A stretch of DNA of 64,000 nucleotides from the NCBI GenBank assembly GCA_903881475.1, contig CAIRTK010000028.1:6194-70193 (forward strand). The letters are read 5' to 3'. A program made the translations under genes and the position numbers. Under the pieces are notes generated by a model. It was not told where the DNA came from. It searched no databases and saw only the letters and a list, made by a program, of their open reading frames with translations. This stretch comes from an uncultured Opitutia bacterium (GTDB lineage Bacteria; Verrucomicrobiota; Verrucomicrobiia; Opitutales; Opitutaceae). Shown here one piece after another: positions 35,559 to 46,007 of the stretch (its first letter is position 1; every line of letters starts with the position of its first letter).

Positions 35559-36050
35559 TCAGCAACAGCCTTCGGCGCCGGCTTCTTTCCCGCAGCAGCC
35601 CGAACCCGCGCCGCAGTCGTCCTGCCCCTCGCCGACCCCGCAGAGCTCCTTCGCGAGGCAGTCCGTGTGCTTGGAACCAAGCTGTACGTTCAGTTCAAGC
35701 GGTCCACCCGTGATCGCCTCGACCGGAAACTGCGAAACCACACCGTTCTCGAACTCGATTTCCACCGGCAGATCATCCGAAGGCAGGATCGAATGGGCGA
35801 GCCCCAGGATGGACTTGAGTTTGCCGGCCGTCAGCCGGTGACCGTCGTCCTGGTCCGAGCCGGTCCAGGTCTGCAGCACACAGCTCTCGCTTGCGCGAAA
35901 GGTGCCGCCGCAGTCGACAAATTTCTTCGCCACATGCCCGACCTCGGTCACGTGGAAGTGCCGCGGCACCGCTCCGCCGCTTTGCAGGGAAATGATGAGC
36001 TGGGCGTCGGGATGAGCGCCCAGGTGGGCCTTGAATTTGCTGAGTTTCAT
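35559..36050 (-). CDS. DUF6428-like ars-operon protein with Cys-rich C-terminal tail
   Basis: MKLSKFKAHLGAHPDAQLIISLQSGGAVPRHFHVTEVG... matches my recollection of DUF6428. The tail is ...HTDCLAKELCGVGEGQDDCGAGSGCCGKEAGAEGCC. It lies between arsC and acr3. Confidence 0.7.
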   Translation of the reverse strand: MKLSKFKAHLGAHPDAQLIISLQSGGAVPRHFHVTEVGHVAKKFVDCGGTFRASESCVLQTWTGSDQDDGHRLTAGKLKSILGLAHSILPSDDLPVEIEFENGVVSQFPVEAITGGPLELNVQLGSKHTDCLAKELCGVGEGQDDCGAGSGCCGKEAGAEGCC

Positions 36051-36157
36051 GATGGGAGTGGGTTTTGGTTTCTAACGTGTGGCTCTCTGATCTTTTTATT
36101 CTGAGCGCAGCGGAGAGGTCGGGCGGATTATCCCTAATCCGCCGCACCCGCCGGCCT

Positions 36158-36670
36158 TCATGCCTTCATCGCCGCCTCGCCCTCCAGCTTGGCCTGGTCA
36201 CCAACGGCCCGCACCGCCACGCCGTCAAACAGCCTGGCTTCGGGCAGTGCGCAGAACAGTTCGGCGCGCGCCGCAATCTGGGACGCCACCTGCACAAACG
36301 CCCAGTATTTCTGCTCCTCCGTGCCCTCGACCGCCGCCGGATCAGGCGAGCCCCAGTGCGCGAGCACCGGCACGCCCGGCCAGATCGGGCAGGCCTCGCG
36401 GGCGTTGTCGCAGACCGTGATGACAAAATCGAACTTCACGCCGCGAAATTCGTCCCACGACTTCGAGCGGGCAGCCGTGGCGTCGAGGTTGTAGCGCTCG
36501 CGCAGCACGCGAACCGCGAGCGGGTTCACCCGCCCCGCGGGCGTGGACCCGGCGCTGAAAACCTCGAAGCGCCCGCGGCCTTTTTCGCGCAGCAGGTATT
36601 CGCCGAGGATGGAGCGGGCGGAATTGCCCGTGCAGAGGATCAGGATCTTGAGCGGGGATTGGGTCGTCAT
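36158..36670 (-). CDS. arsC: Arsenate reductase, LMW-PTPase (thioredoxin-coupled) type
   Basis: ATG at 36670 gives MTTQSPLKILILCTGNSARSILGE, which contains the CX5R P-loop. VITVCDNAREACP supplies the Cys82/Cys89-equivalent pair. Confidence 0.9.
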   Translation of the reverse strand: MTTQSPLKILILCTGNSARSILGEYLLREKGRGRFEVFSAGSTPAGRVNPLAVRVLRERYNLDATAARSKSWDEFRGVKFDFVITVCDNAREACPIWPGVPVLAHWGSPDPAAVEGTEEQKYWAFVQVASQIAARAELFCALPEARLFDGVAVRAVGDQAKLEGEAAMKA

Positions 36671-36678
36671 GGGAAAAT

Positions 36679-37053
36679 TCAGCGGGCCGCCGGCTTCGCC
36701 GTGGCGCAGCCGCATGGGCCGGTCGCGGCGAGCTTGGGCGCGAGTTTTTGCAGGCGGGCGAGGTCCCGCTGGAAGGCCGGATGCTCCCGCGCACAGTCCT
36801 GCAGGCAGGCGAGGTTGGTCCGCAGTTCACGCGACGGCTTCGCCGGCAGCTCGTAGATCATCCAGTTGCCCTGCCGCTCGCACTCCACCAGCCCGCGCGA
36901 CCGCAGGTAGGCGAGGTGCTTCGAGATCTTCACCTGCGGCTCGCGCAGGATTTCCTGGAAGTGACATACGCAGAGCGGCCCCTGCGCGAGGATGTTGAGC
37001 AGCCGCAGCCGCGTCTCGTCGCAGAGGCATTCGTAGATCCTGATCAGCTCCAT
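36679..37053 (-). CDS. arsR: ArsR/SmtB family metalloregulator
   Basis: MELIRIYECLCDETRLRLLNILAQGPLCVCHFQEIL.... It has a wHTH domain with the CVC metalloid site, and extra Cys residues occur in the C-terminal tail (GPCGCA). Confidence 0.9.
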   Translation of the reverse strand: MELIRIYECLCDETRLRLLNILAQGPLCVCHFQEILREPQVKISKHLAYLRSRGLVECERQGNWMIYELPAKPSRELRTNLACLQDCAREHPAFQRDLARLQKLAPKLAATGPCGCATAKPAAR

Positions 37054-37062
37054 GCCGAATCT

Positions 37063-37082
37063 ATATTCCTATCAAGGAATAT
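37063..37082. promoter_or_regulatory. Candidate ArsR operator: perfect AT-rich palindrome ATATTCCT-ATCA-AGGAATAT
   Basis: It lies 10 nt upstream of the arsR start codon, in a locally AT-rich patch of an otherwise GC-rich genome. Confidence 0.5.
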
Positions 37083-37222
37083 GAATCAAGCCGAATCGGA
37101 CCGCCGGTCCTGATGTAGGGCGGGGTCGCTGACCCCGCCAAACCTCCGCCAACCTTTCCGCGAATATCGCGGAAAGCATGCGCGGAAAAACCAGGCGGCG
37201 TCAGCGACCCGCCCTGCAGGTC

Positions 37223-38689
37223 TCAGTGCCCCGCGCGCGGGTTCTGCTTCTCGGCGCGCTTGAGCTCGGCCAGCGAGCGCGTCTTGAGGCGCGCGGCACC
37301 GCGGGTGACCTTCGTCTTGATGAGCGGGCCCTTCGCGAGGCGCTTTTTCGCGGCGGCGACGGCGCGCTTGTAGCGTGGCATCCACGGCCCAAGCGCGACC
37401 AGCATCTCGTCCACCATCTGCCAGATTTCGGGCGGATTGCAGACGGCGCCGACGAGCGGGTCCATCATGAAGGCCTGGCGCAGCAGCGTGTCGTCGCCGG
37501 CGACGGCCGCCTCGACGCCGAGGCGCTGGACCGAGATCGAGGCGTTGCACACCGCGGCACAGCCGAGCGGCAGGTCGCCGTACTGGATCATGTTGATGCC
37601 GTGGCGATCCACGAATCCGGGGGCCTCAATGATGGCGTCGGGCGGAAGATTCGTGATCGTGCCGCGGTTCGGCAGGTTGAAATGCCCGCGGTAAACCCGG
37701 CCCGTCTCCAGCGCCTCGAGGATGCGGCTGCCGTGCTCCTCGCTGCGGTTTTCCTGCGTGTAGCGGAGTGGCTCGTGTTTCTTCTTCCCCCCGAACTCAG
37801 CCTCGAACCAGTTCCGGCCCTCGGTGCAGACGCGCAGGTAGCCGCCCGTCTCGCCGCCGATCCAGACGTTCATGTTGCTCCAGCGCCTGATCTCGTCGGG
37901 ACGCTTCCGGTACCACGGCACGTATTCGCTGAGGTGGCCGTTCGACTCGGTCGAGTAGTAGCCGAAGCGCCGCAGCATATCGATGCGGACCTTCTCCTCG
38001 TTCTTGTAAACCGGGTGCCGCTCAAAGGCCGCCAGCAGCTCCGGCGTGCGCTCCTTGCCGTCGGTCTTGACCGACACGAACCACGTCTGGTGGTTGATGC
38101 CGGCGCAGATGATGTCGACGTCCTTCTTCTCGCGGCCCAGCACCTGGGCGATCTGGTAGTGCCCGTGCTGCACGCCGTGGCAAAGGCCCACGCAGCGCAC
38201 GCCGCCGTACTTGTTCGCGGCCCAGGTCATCATCGCCATCGGGTTCGCGTAGTTGAGGAGCAGGCAGTCCGGCGCCGCCACCTCGCGGATGTCGCGGCAG
38301 AAATCAAGCAGCGCCGCGATGCCGCGCTGCGCGTACATGATGCCGCCGGCGCAGAGCGTATCGCCCACGCACTGGTCCACGCCGTACTTCAGCGGGATGT
38401 CCACGTCGTGCGCAAACGCCTCGAGCCCGCCGATGCGCACCACCGTAAACACATACTTCGCCCCGCGGAGCGCATCGCGGCGGTTCAGGGTCGGCGTGAT
38501 TTTGGTCGTCAGGCCGTTGGCAGCGATGTCACTGCGGCAGATCTCCGTCACCATTTTCAGGTTGCGGGGGTTGATGTCGGTGAAGGCGAACTCCACGTGC
38601 GCGAATTCCGGCACGGCCAGGAGGTCGGCCAGCAGCCGGCGGGTGAAGCCGATGGAACCGGCTCCGATGAAGGTGATCTTGAAGGGCAT
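37223..38689 (-). CDS. Glycoside hydrolase family 4 (NAD+/Mn2+-dependent alpha-galactosidase/alpha-glucosidase type)
   Basis: MPFKITFIGAGSIGFTRRLLADL (Rossmann), followed by ...DINPRNL, then ...GVDQCVGDTLCAGGI, then ...NYANPMAMMTWA and ...GLCHGVQH. A basic ~45-aa C-terminal tail is present. Confidence 0.88.
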   Translation of the reverse strand: MPFKITFIGAGSIGFTRRLLADLLAVPEFAHVEFAFTDINPRNLKMVTEICRSDIAANGLTTKITPTLNRRDALRGAKYVFTVVRIGGLEAFAHDVDIPLKYGVDQCVGDTLCAGGIMYAQRGIAALLDFCRDIREVAAPDCLLLNYANPMAMMTWAANKYGGVRCVGLCHGVQHGHYQIAQVLGREKKDVDIICAGINHQTWFVSVKTDGKERTPELLAAFERHPVYKNEEKVRIDMLRRFGYYSTESNGHLSEYVPWYRKRPDEIRRWSNMNVWIGGETGGYLRVCTEGRNWFEAEFGGKKKHEPLRYTQENRSEEHGSRILEALETGRVYRGHFNLPNRGTITNLPPDAIIEAPGFVDRHGINMIQYGDLPLGCAAVCNASISVQRLGVEAAVAGDDTLLRQAFMMDPLVGAVCNPPEIWQMVDEMLVALGPWMPRYKRAVAAAKKRLAKGPLIKTKVTRGAARLKTRSLAELKRAEKQNPRAGH

Positions 38690-38864
38690 GGGAAACTTGC
38701 GGTTAGACCATCGCGGGCAAGGGGCCCGCGAACGCCGAACTGATTACGGAGTGCGGCACCGGATTTCTATACAATAGTTGGCCCGGCATTGAAAAAAACC
38801 CGCCGGGATTTGCCGTCAGGGCTTGATTAGCTTCCCTATAAATCAAAAGGTGCTGCCCGATTAA

Positions 38865-41270
<2,406 letters not shown>

Positions 41271-41318
41271 GGGGCGCAAGCTCGAAGCTCAAAACTCGAA
41301 ATCCGAAAATAAATTCTA

Positions 41319-41372
41319 AGCCCCAGTCCGAATCGAAGCTCCGGCTTCGTTCTTCCGGTCTGGGGCTTTTTC
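41319..41372 (+). terminator. Terminator hairpin after katG, nested inside a larger inverted repeat (family C, 41271-41410)
   Basis: The stem AGCCCCAG...CTGGGGCT has an inner GAAGC-TCCG-GCTTC hairpin and is followed by TTTTT. The outer arms are GGGGCGCAAGCTCGAAGCTCAAAACTCGAAATCCGAAAA and TTTTCGGATTTCGAACTTCGGGTTTCGAGCTTCCGCGCCCC. It lies between convergent genes. Confidence 0.6.
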
Positions 41373-41415
41373 GGATTTCGAACTTCGGGTTTCGAGCTTC
41401 CGCGCCCCGCGCGGC

Positions 41416-43083
41416 TTAGCGCCTGGCGCCGCGGTGCAGCCGGCTCGTGGGCTTGACGGCCGCCGCCACGGTCTCCGCCAGCGCCTTCTCGTCAAAGAGC
41501 GCGGAGTAAATATAGGGGAAGCCCTCGATCTTTTTCCGCTCCACCGCCATGCCCATGTAGCGTTCGATCGAGCGCGCGTCGCGCACGTCGTCCTCGGTCA
41601 CGAGGGTGAAGGCATCGCCGGTATTGTGCGCCCGGCCCGTGCGGCCGATGCGGTGCACGTAGTCCTCGGCGTTCTCGGGCACGTCGTAGTTCACCACGTG
41701 CGAGACGCCCGCGATGTCGAGGCCGCGCGCCGCGATGTCCGTCGCGACCAGTACCTCGAACTTGCCGCTCTTGAAGCCGTCGAGCGCCTCGATGCGCTCG
41801 CGCTGGCTGCGGTCGGAGTGCATCACGCCCACGGTGTGGCCCTTGGCCTGGAGCCGGTGCGCGATGCGGTCCGCGCCCATGCGCGTGCGGGAGAAAATGA
41901 TCACGCTCTTGAACTCGGTCTGCTCCAGCAGCAGCTGCAGGAGGTCGAACTTCTGCGAGGCCACCACGGGGTAGAATGCGTGCGACACCGTTTCCGCCGG
42001 CGAACGCTGGCGGCCGATCTCGACCTTCACGGGATTCTTCAGCGCCCAGGCCGCCAGCGAGGCGATCTCGGGCGGCAGCGTCGCGGTGAAGAACAGTGTC
42101 TGCCGGGTCGCCGGCGTCTTCTGCACGATCCGCTTCACGTCGGGCAGGAAGCCCATGTCGAGCATCCGGTCCACCTCGTCGAGCACGAGGATGTCCACGT
42201 CCTTGAGCGAGACGTTCCCCTGCTCCATGTGGTCGAGCAGCCGGCCCGGCGTCGCGGCGAGGATGTCCATGCCGCGCTTCAAATCCTCGAGCTGTTTCCC
42301 GTAACCCACGCCGCCGTACACGATGGTGACGTTGAGGTCGGTGAACTTGGCGAATTTCTGGAAGGCCTCCTCGACCTGCAGCGCGAGCTCGCGCGTGGGC
42401 TCGAGGATGAGGCAGCGCAGTTTGCCGTGCGTGCCCAGCCGCTGGATGATCGGCAGCGCGAACGCCGCGGTCTTGCCCGTGCCGGTCTGGGCCGAGCCGA
42501 TGACATCGCCGCCCTGCAGCACGACCGGGATGGCCTGCGCCTGGATCGGCGTCGGGGAAACGTAGCCCATCTCCTGCACGGCAAAGGCGAGCGCGTCGCA
42601 GAGGCCGAGCTTGGAAAATTCCGTGTCCATCTTCGGCACGTCCACGTGCACCACGGGTTTCACCGGCGCGGAGCGCGGATGGTCAAAGGTCTTGTCGATC
42701 ATCGGCCGCTCGCGCTCGCCGCGCGGACCGCCGCGGCCGGCACCGCCGGAACGGGACTGGAAGCCGCCGCGACCGCCGCCGCCGTGGGACGACGCATTGT
42801 CCCGGCCACCGCCTTGGGGACCGCCCCGGCCACCGCCGCCACTGCGGCCGCCCTGGTCGCTGCGCGGGCCGCGGTCATCGCGGCGCGGACGTGAGTCCGA
42901 CGCGCCGGCCGGGTGGGAAGAAGGGCCGCCGTGATGCGGCTTGGGGCCGGACCCGCGCTCCGGGCGCGGCGAGGATTGCGGCTTGGCGGGCGAAGCGGAC
43001 GGGGCGCTGGCGGCGGGCGCGGTTGAGGAGGAACGGGAAGGCGCGATCGTTTGGCGCAGCTTCGACAGAAATTTCTTCAGCAT
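41416..43083 (-). CDS. DEAD-box ATP-dependent RNA helicase (RhlE-like core) with ~155-aa N-terminal RGG/low-complexity extension
   Basis: Q-motif region TPIQAQAIP, motif I AQTGTGKTAAF, Ia PTRELA, II LVLDEVDRMLDMGF (DEVD variant), III FTAT and VI HRIGRTGRA. The N-terminus is ...RSGGGGRGGPQGGGRDNASSHGGGGRGGFQSRSGGAGRGGPRGE. Confidence 0.92.
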   Translation of the reverse strand: MLKKFLSKLRQTIAPSRSSSTAPAASAPSASPAKPQSSPRPERGSGPKPHHGGPSSHPAGASDSRPRRDDRGPRSDQGGRSGGGGRGGPQGGGRDNASSHGGGGRGGFQSRSGGAGRGGPRGERERPMIDKTFDHPRSAPVKPVVHVDVPKMDTEFSKLGLCDALAFAVQEMGYVSPTPIQAQAIPVVLQGGDVIGSAQTGTGKTAAFALPIIQRLGTHGKLRCLILEPTRELALQVEEAFQKFAKFTDLNVTIVYGGVGYGKQLEDLKRGMDILAATPGRLLDHMEQGNVSLKDVDILVLDEVDRMLDMGFLPDVKRIVQKTPATRQTLFFTATLPPEIASLAAWALKNPVKVEIGRQRSPAETVSHAFYPVVASQKFDLLQLLLEQTEFKSVIIFSRTRMGADRIAHRLQAKGHTVGVMHSDRSQRERIEALDGFKSGKFEVLVATDIAARGLDIAGVSHVVNYDVPENAEDYVHRIGRTGRAHNTGDAFTLVTEDDVRDARSIERYMGMAVERKKIEGFPYIYSALFDEKALAETVAAAVKPTSRLHRGARR

Positions 43084-43244
43084 TGTCGGGAGTTAAAAGA
43101 ACCAGAGTCGGCGAAACGGCGGCGTTTGCAACCCCGGAAAGCCCCTCCCTACCGGATGGCGGAAGCCGGAGACCGGATGGTTTTCCGATCCGCTCCTCCC
43201 GCCACGGTCCGCGCTTGGATTGATCGGATCAAGGGCGGGCAGGT

Positions 43245-43268
43245 ACGTTTGGGCGGCCGCCCAAACGT
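43245..43268. repeat. 24-nt perfect palindrome ACGTTTGGGCGGCCGCCCAAACGT in a divergent promoter region
   Basis: It is self-complementary by hand check and is flanked by a further GCGGGC/GCCCGC pairing. Confidence 0.85.
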
Positions 43269-43373
43269 CGGCCCGCCGGCGGGCTGAATCCCCTCCGGTT
43301 TCCGCCTTCCGAAATCCGCAATTGCAGCGCGCCGGGACCCGGCGCAGATTCAGCCGCCTTCCGGCTATTTTGC

Positions 43374-44807
43374 ATGAACAACGACGTCCTCTGGCTGGTC
43401 CGCCTCGGCCTTGATCAGGGCCTCTTGAAGCTCGAACACTGCATCGCCGTCCGCGCCGCCCTCGGCGACGGGGCCGAAATCGGGGATTTCGCCCAAAAAC
43501 TCATCGACGACGCCCATGTCGACGACATCGGCGCCCTGGAAAAAATCGCCGGCCTTGCCATGGTCAAGGGCCAGAAAGGACCGCCCGCCGGCGATCCCTT
43601 CGAGGAGAGCGAGAGCAACGCCCCCTTTGTCCGCGAGCCCGCGCCCGCGCCGACCGTCGCGCAGAAAAAAGCCGCCGCCGCGGCCTCTGCCGGGCCGGTG
43701 CCCGAGTTCGAATTCGACACCATCGGCATGCTGGATGACGCGGCCCTCGCCGCCGGCCTCCGCGGTCTGCTCCGGGCCACCGGCCGCCACCTCGCCAGCG
43801 ACCTCCACCTCTCGACCGGCACCCGCCCCTTCATCCGCAAGAACCGCCAGCTCGTTTTCATCTCGGACTACAAGCTCACCGCCGACGACGCCCTGCGCCT
43901 CAACACCGCGCTGCTGACCGAGGCGCAGAAGAAGACCTTCCTCATGACCAAGGACTACGACTACGCCCTCGCCCTCAGCGCCACCGACCGGTACCGCGTG
44001 AACCTCATGTTCCACAAGAACGGCGCGGCCGGCGCCTACCGCATGGTGCCGGAAAAGGTGCGCACCCTCGAGGACCTCGGCTACTCGGCGCACATCGACA
44101 CGCTCAAGAAACTCCTCTCCTACCACAACGGGCTCATCCTCATCACCGGCCCCGTGGGCTCCGGCAAGACCACCACCCTCGCCTCGATGGTCTCCTACCT
44201 CAACGAGACGCGCACCGACCACATCATCACGGTCGAGGACCCCATCGAGGTCGTCCAGCCCGCCAAGGGCTGCAATGTCACCCAGCGCGAGGTCGGCCCG
44301 CACACCAAGTCGTTCTTCACCGCGCTCAAGGGCGCGCTCCGCGAGGACCCCGATGTCATCGTCATCGGCGAGCTCCGCGACCTTGAGACCATCGAGATGG
44401 CCATCACCGCTTCCGAGACCGGCCACCTTGTCATCGGCACGATGCATACCAGCGACGCCGCCACCACCCTCAACCGCCTGCTCGACGTCTTCCCGCCTGC
44501 GCAGCAGACGCAGATCCGCGCCAGCGTGGCCGAGAGCCTCCGCGGCGTCGTCTGCCAGCGCCTCCTCCCCTCCACCGACGGCGGCCTGACCCTCGCCTGC
44601 GAGATCCTCATCAGCAACACCGCCATCCAGAACCTCATCCGCGAGGGCAAGTCCCAGGGCATCCGCAACACGATGGAGACCGGCGTCCGCGAGGGCATGT
44701 GCCTCATGGACAATGTCGTTTACGCGCTCTGGCAGGAAAAGAAGGTCACCGCCGAGAACGCCCTGGCCAACATCACCAACCGCGTCCTGCGGGCGAAAAT
44801 TTCCTGA
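43374..44807 (+). CDS. PilT/PilU-family hexameric ATPase paralog with ~125-aa N-terminal extension
   Basis: The core has LHLSTGTRPFIR, Walker A GPVGSGKTTT, IVIGELRD and GHLVIGTMHT. The N-terminal extension reads MNNDVLWLVRLGLDQGLLKLEHCIAVRAALG... Confidence 0.85.
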   Translation: MNNDVLWLVRLGLDQGLLKLEHCIAVRAALGDGAEIGDFAQKLIDDAHVDDIGALEKIAGLAMVKGQKGPPAGDPFEESESNAPFVREPAPAPTVAQKKAAAAASAGPVPEFEFDTIGMLDDAALAAGLRGLLRATGRHLASDLHLSTGTRPFIRKNRQLVFISDYKLTADDALRLNTALLTEAQKKTFLMTKDYDYALALSATDRYRVNLMFHKNGAAGAYRMVPEKVRTLEDLGYSAHIDTLKKLLSYHNGLILITGPVGSGKTTTLASMVSYLNETRTDHIITVEDPIEVVQPAKGCNVTQREVGPHTKSFFTALKGALREDPDVIVIGELRDLETIEMAITASETGHLVIGTMHTSDAATTLNRLLDVFPPAQQTQIRASVAESLRGVVCQRLLPSTDGGLTLACEILISNTAIQNLIREGKSQGIRNTMETGVREGMCLMDNVVYALWQEKKVTAENALANITNRVLRAKIS

Positions 44808-44809
44808 CC

Positions 44810-45886
44810 ATGGCCGCCATCGACCAACTCCTCCGCACCATGCTCGACAAGGGCGGCTCCGACCTGCACCTCACCGTCGGGCTCCCGCCGAAGGCCCGCA
44901 TCTCCGGCACGCTCCAGGCCATCGGCCCGGATCCGGTGGACGCCGGCACCATGGAACGGCTGCTCAAGGAGATCGTCCCGGAGCGCCGGTGGACGGATTT
45001 TCTCGACCGCAAGGACCTCGACCTGGCGCACGAGATTCCCGGCCTCGCGCGCTTCCGTGGCAACTTTCTCTACAACCACTGGGGTCAGGCCGCGGTCTTC
45101 CGCCAGATTCCCGCCAAGATCGTCGCCTTCGACGAGCTCAAGCTCCCCGAGGCGCTGAAAAAACTCTGCCACCTCACCGAGGGCCTCGTCGTCGTCACCG
45201 GCCCCACCGGCTCCGGCAAGTCGACCACGCTCGCGGCGATGATCGACTACATCAACGCGAACTTCGCCCGGCACATCATCACCATCGAGGACCCCATCGA
45301 GTTCGTCCACCAGGCCAAGAAGTCCACCATCGTCCACCGCGAGGTCGGCGAGCACACCGACTCGTTCGCCGCCGCGCTGAAGGGCGCCATGCGCCACGAT
45401 CCCGACATCGTGCTCCTCGGTGAAATGCGCGAGATGGAGACCATCAAGCTCGCGCTCAGCTGCGCCTCGATGGGCATGCTCGTCTTCGGCACGCTGCACA
45501 CCAACAACGCCCCGAAGACGATCGACCGCATCATCAACACCTTCCCCGCCGAGGAGCAGAACCAAGTGCGCGTCATGCTCTCGAGCTGCCTCGCCGGCGT
45601 CGTCGCCCAACTCCTCTGCAAGCGCATCCCCAAGGGCCGCTGCGCCGTGCATGAGATTTTGCTCACGCACGAGGCGCTGCCCAACACCATCCGCAGCGGC
45701 CAGATCGCCAACATCCGCTCCCTCATCGAGGGCGGCGGCTCCGACGGCATGGTCACGATGGACAACAGCCTCATGGCCCGCGTGAAGGACAACACCATCG
45801 AGGCCAAGGAGGCCTACATGAAGGCCTCCAACAAGGCCCTTTTCCTCCCGCTCCTCAAACCGGGCGACCTCGACGGCGGACATTGA
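44810..45886 (+). CDS. pilT: Type IV pilus retraction-type ATPase PilT
   Basis: ATG at 44810 gives MAAIDQLLRTMLDKGGSDLHLTVGLPPKARISG. Also GPTGSGKSTT, ITIEDPIEF, VLLGEMRE, FGTLHTNNAPKTIDRII and AHEIL. Confidence 0.92.
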   Translation: MAAIDQLLRTMLDKGGSDLHLTVGLPPKARISGTLQAIGPDPVDAGTMERLLKEIVPERRWTDFLDRKDLDLAHEIPGLARFRGNFLYNHWGQAAVFRQIPAKIVAFDELKLPEALKKLCHLTEGLVVVTGPTGSGKSTTLAAMIDYINANFARHIITIEDPIEFVHQAKKSTIVHREVGEHTDSFAAALKGAMRHDPDIVLLGEMREMETIKLALSCASMGMLVFGTLHTNNAPKTIDRIINTFPAEEQNQVRVMLSSCLAGVVAQLLCKRIPKGRCAVHEILLTHEALPNTIRSGQIANIRSLIEGGGSDGMVTMDNSLMARVKDNTIEAKEAYMKASNKALFLPLLKPGDLDGGH

Positions 45887-46007
45887 GGATTTCTGCGATC
45901 TTTTATTAAACGCAAAGAGGCGAAGACGCTAAGTCCAGACCCGGTGAGCGTTGGTTTTCTTCCGATCGAACTTTGCGCCTTCGCGACTTTGCGTTTATCA
46001 GTTTCGG

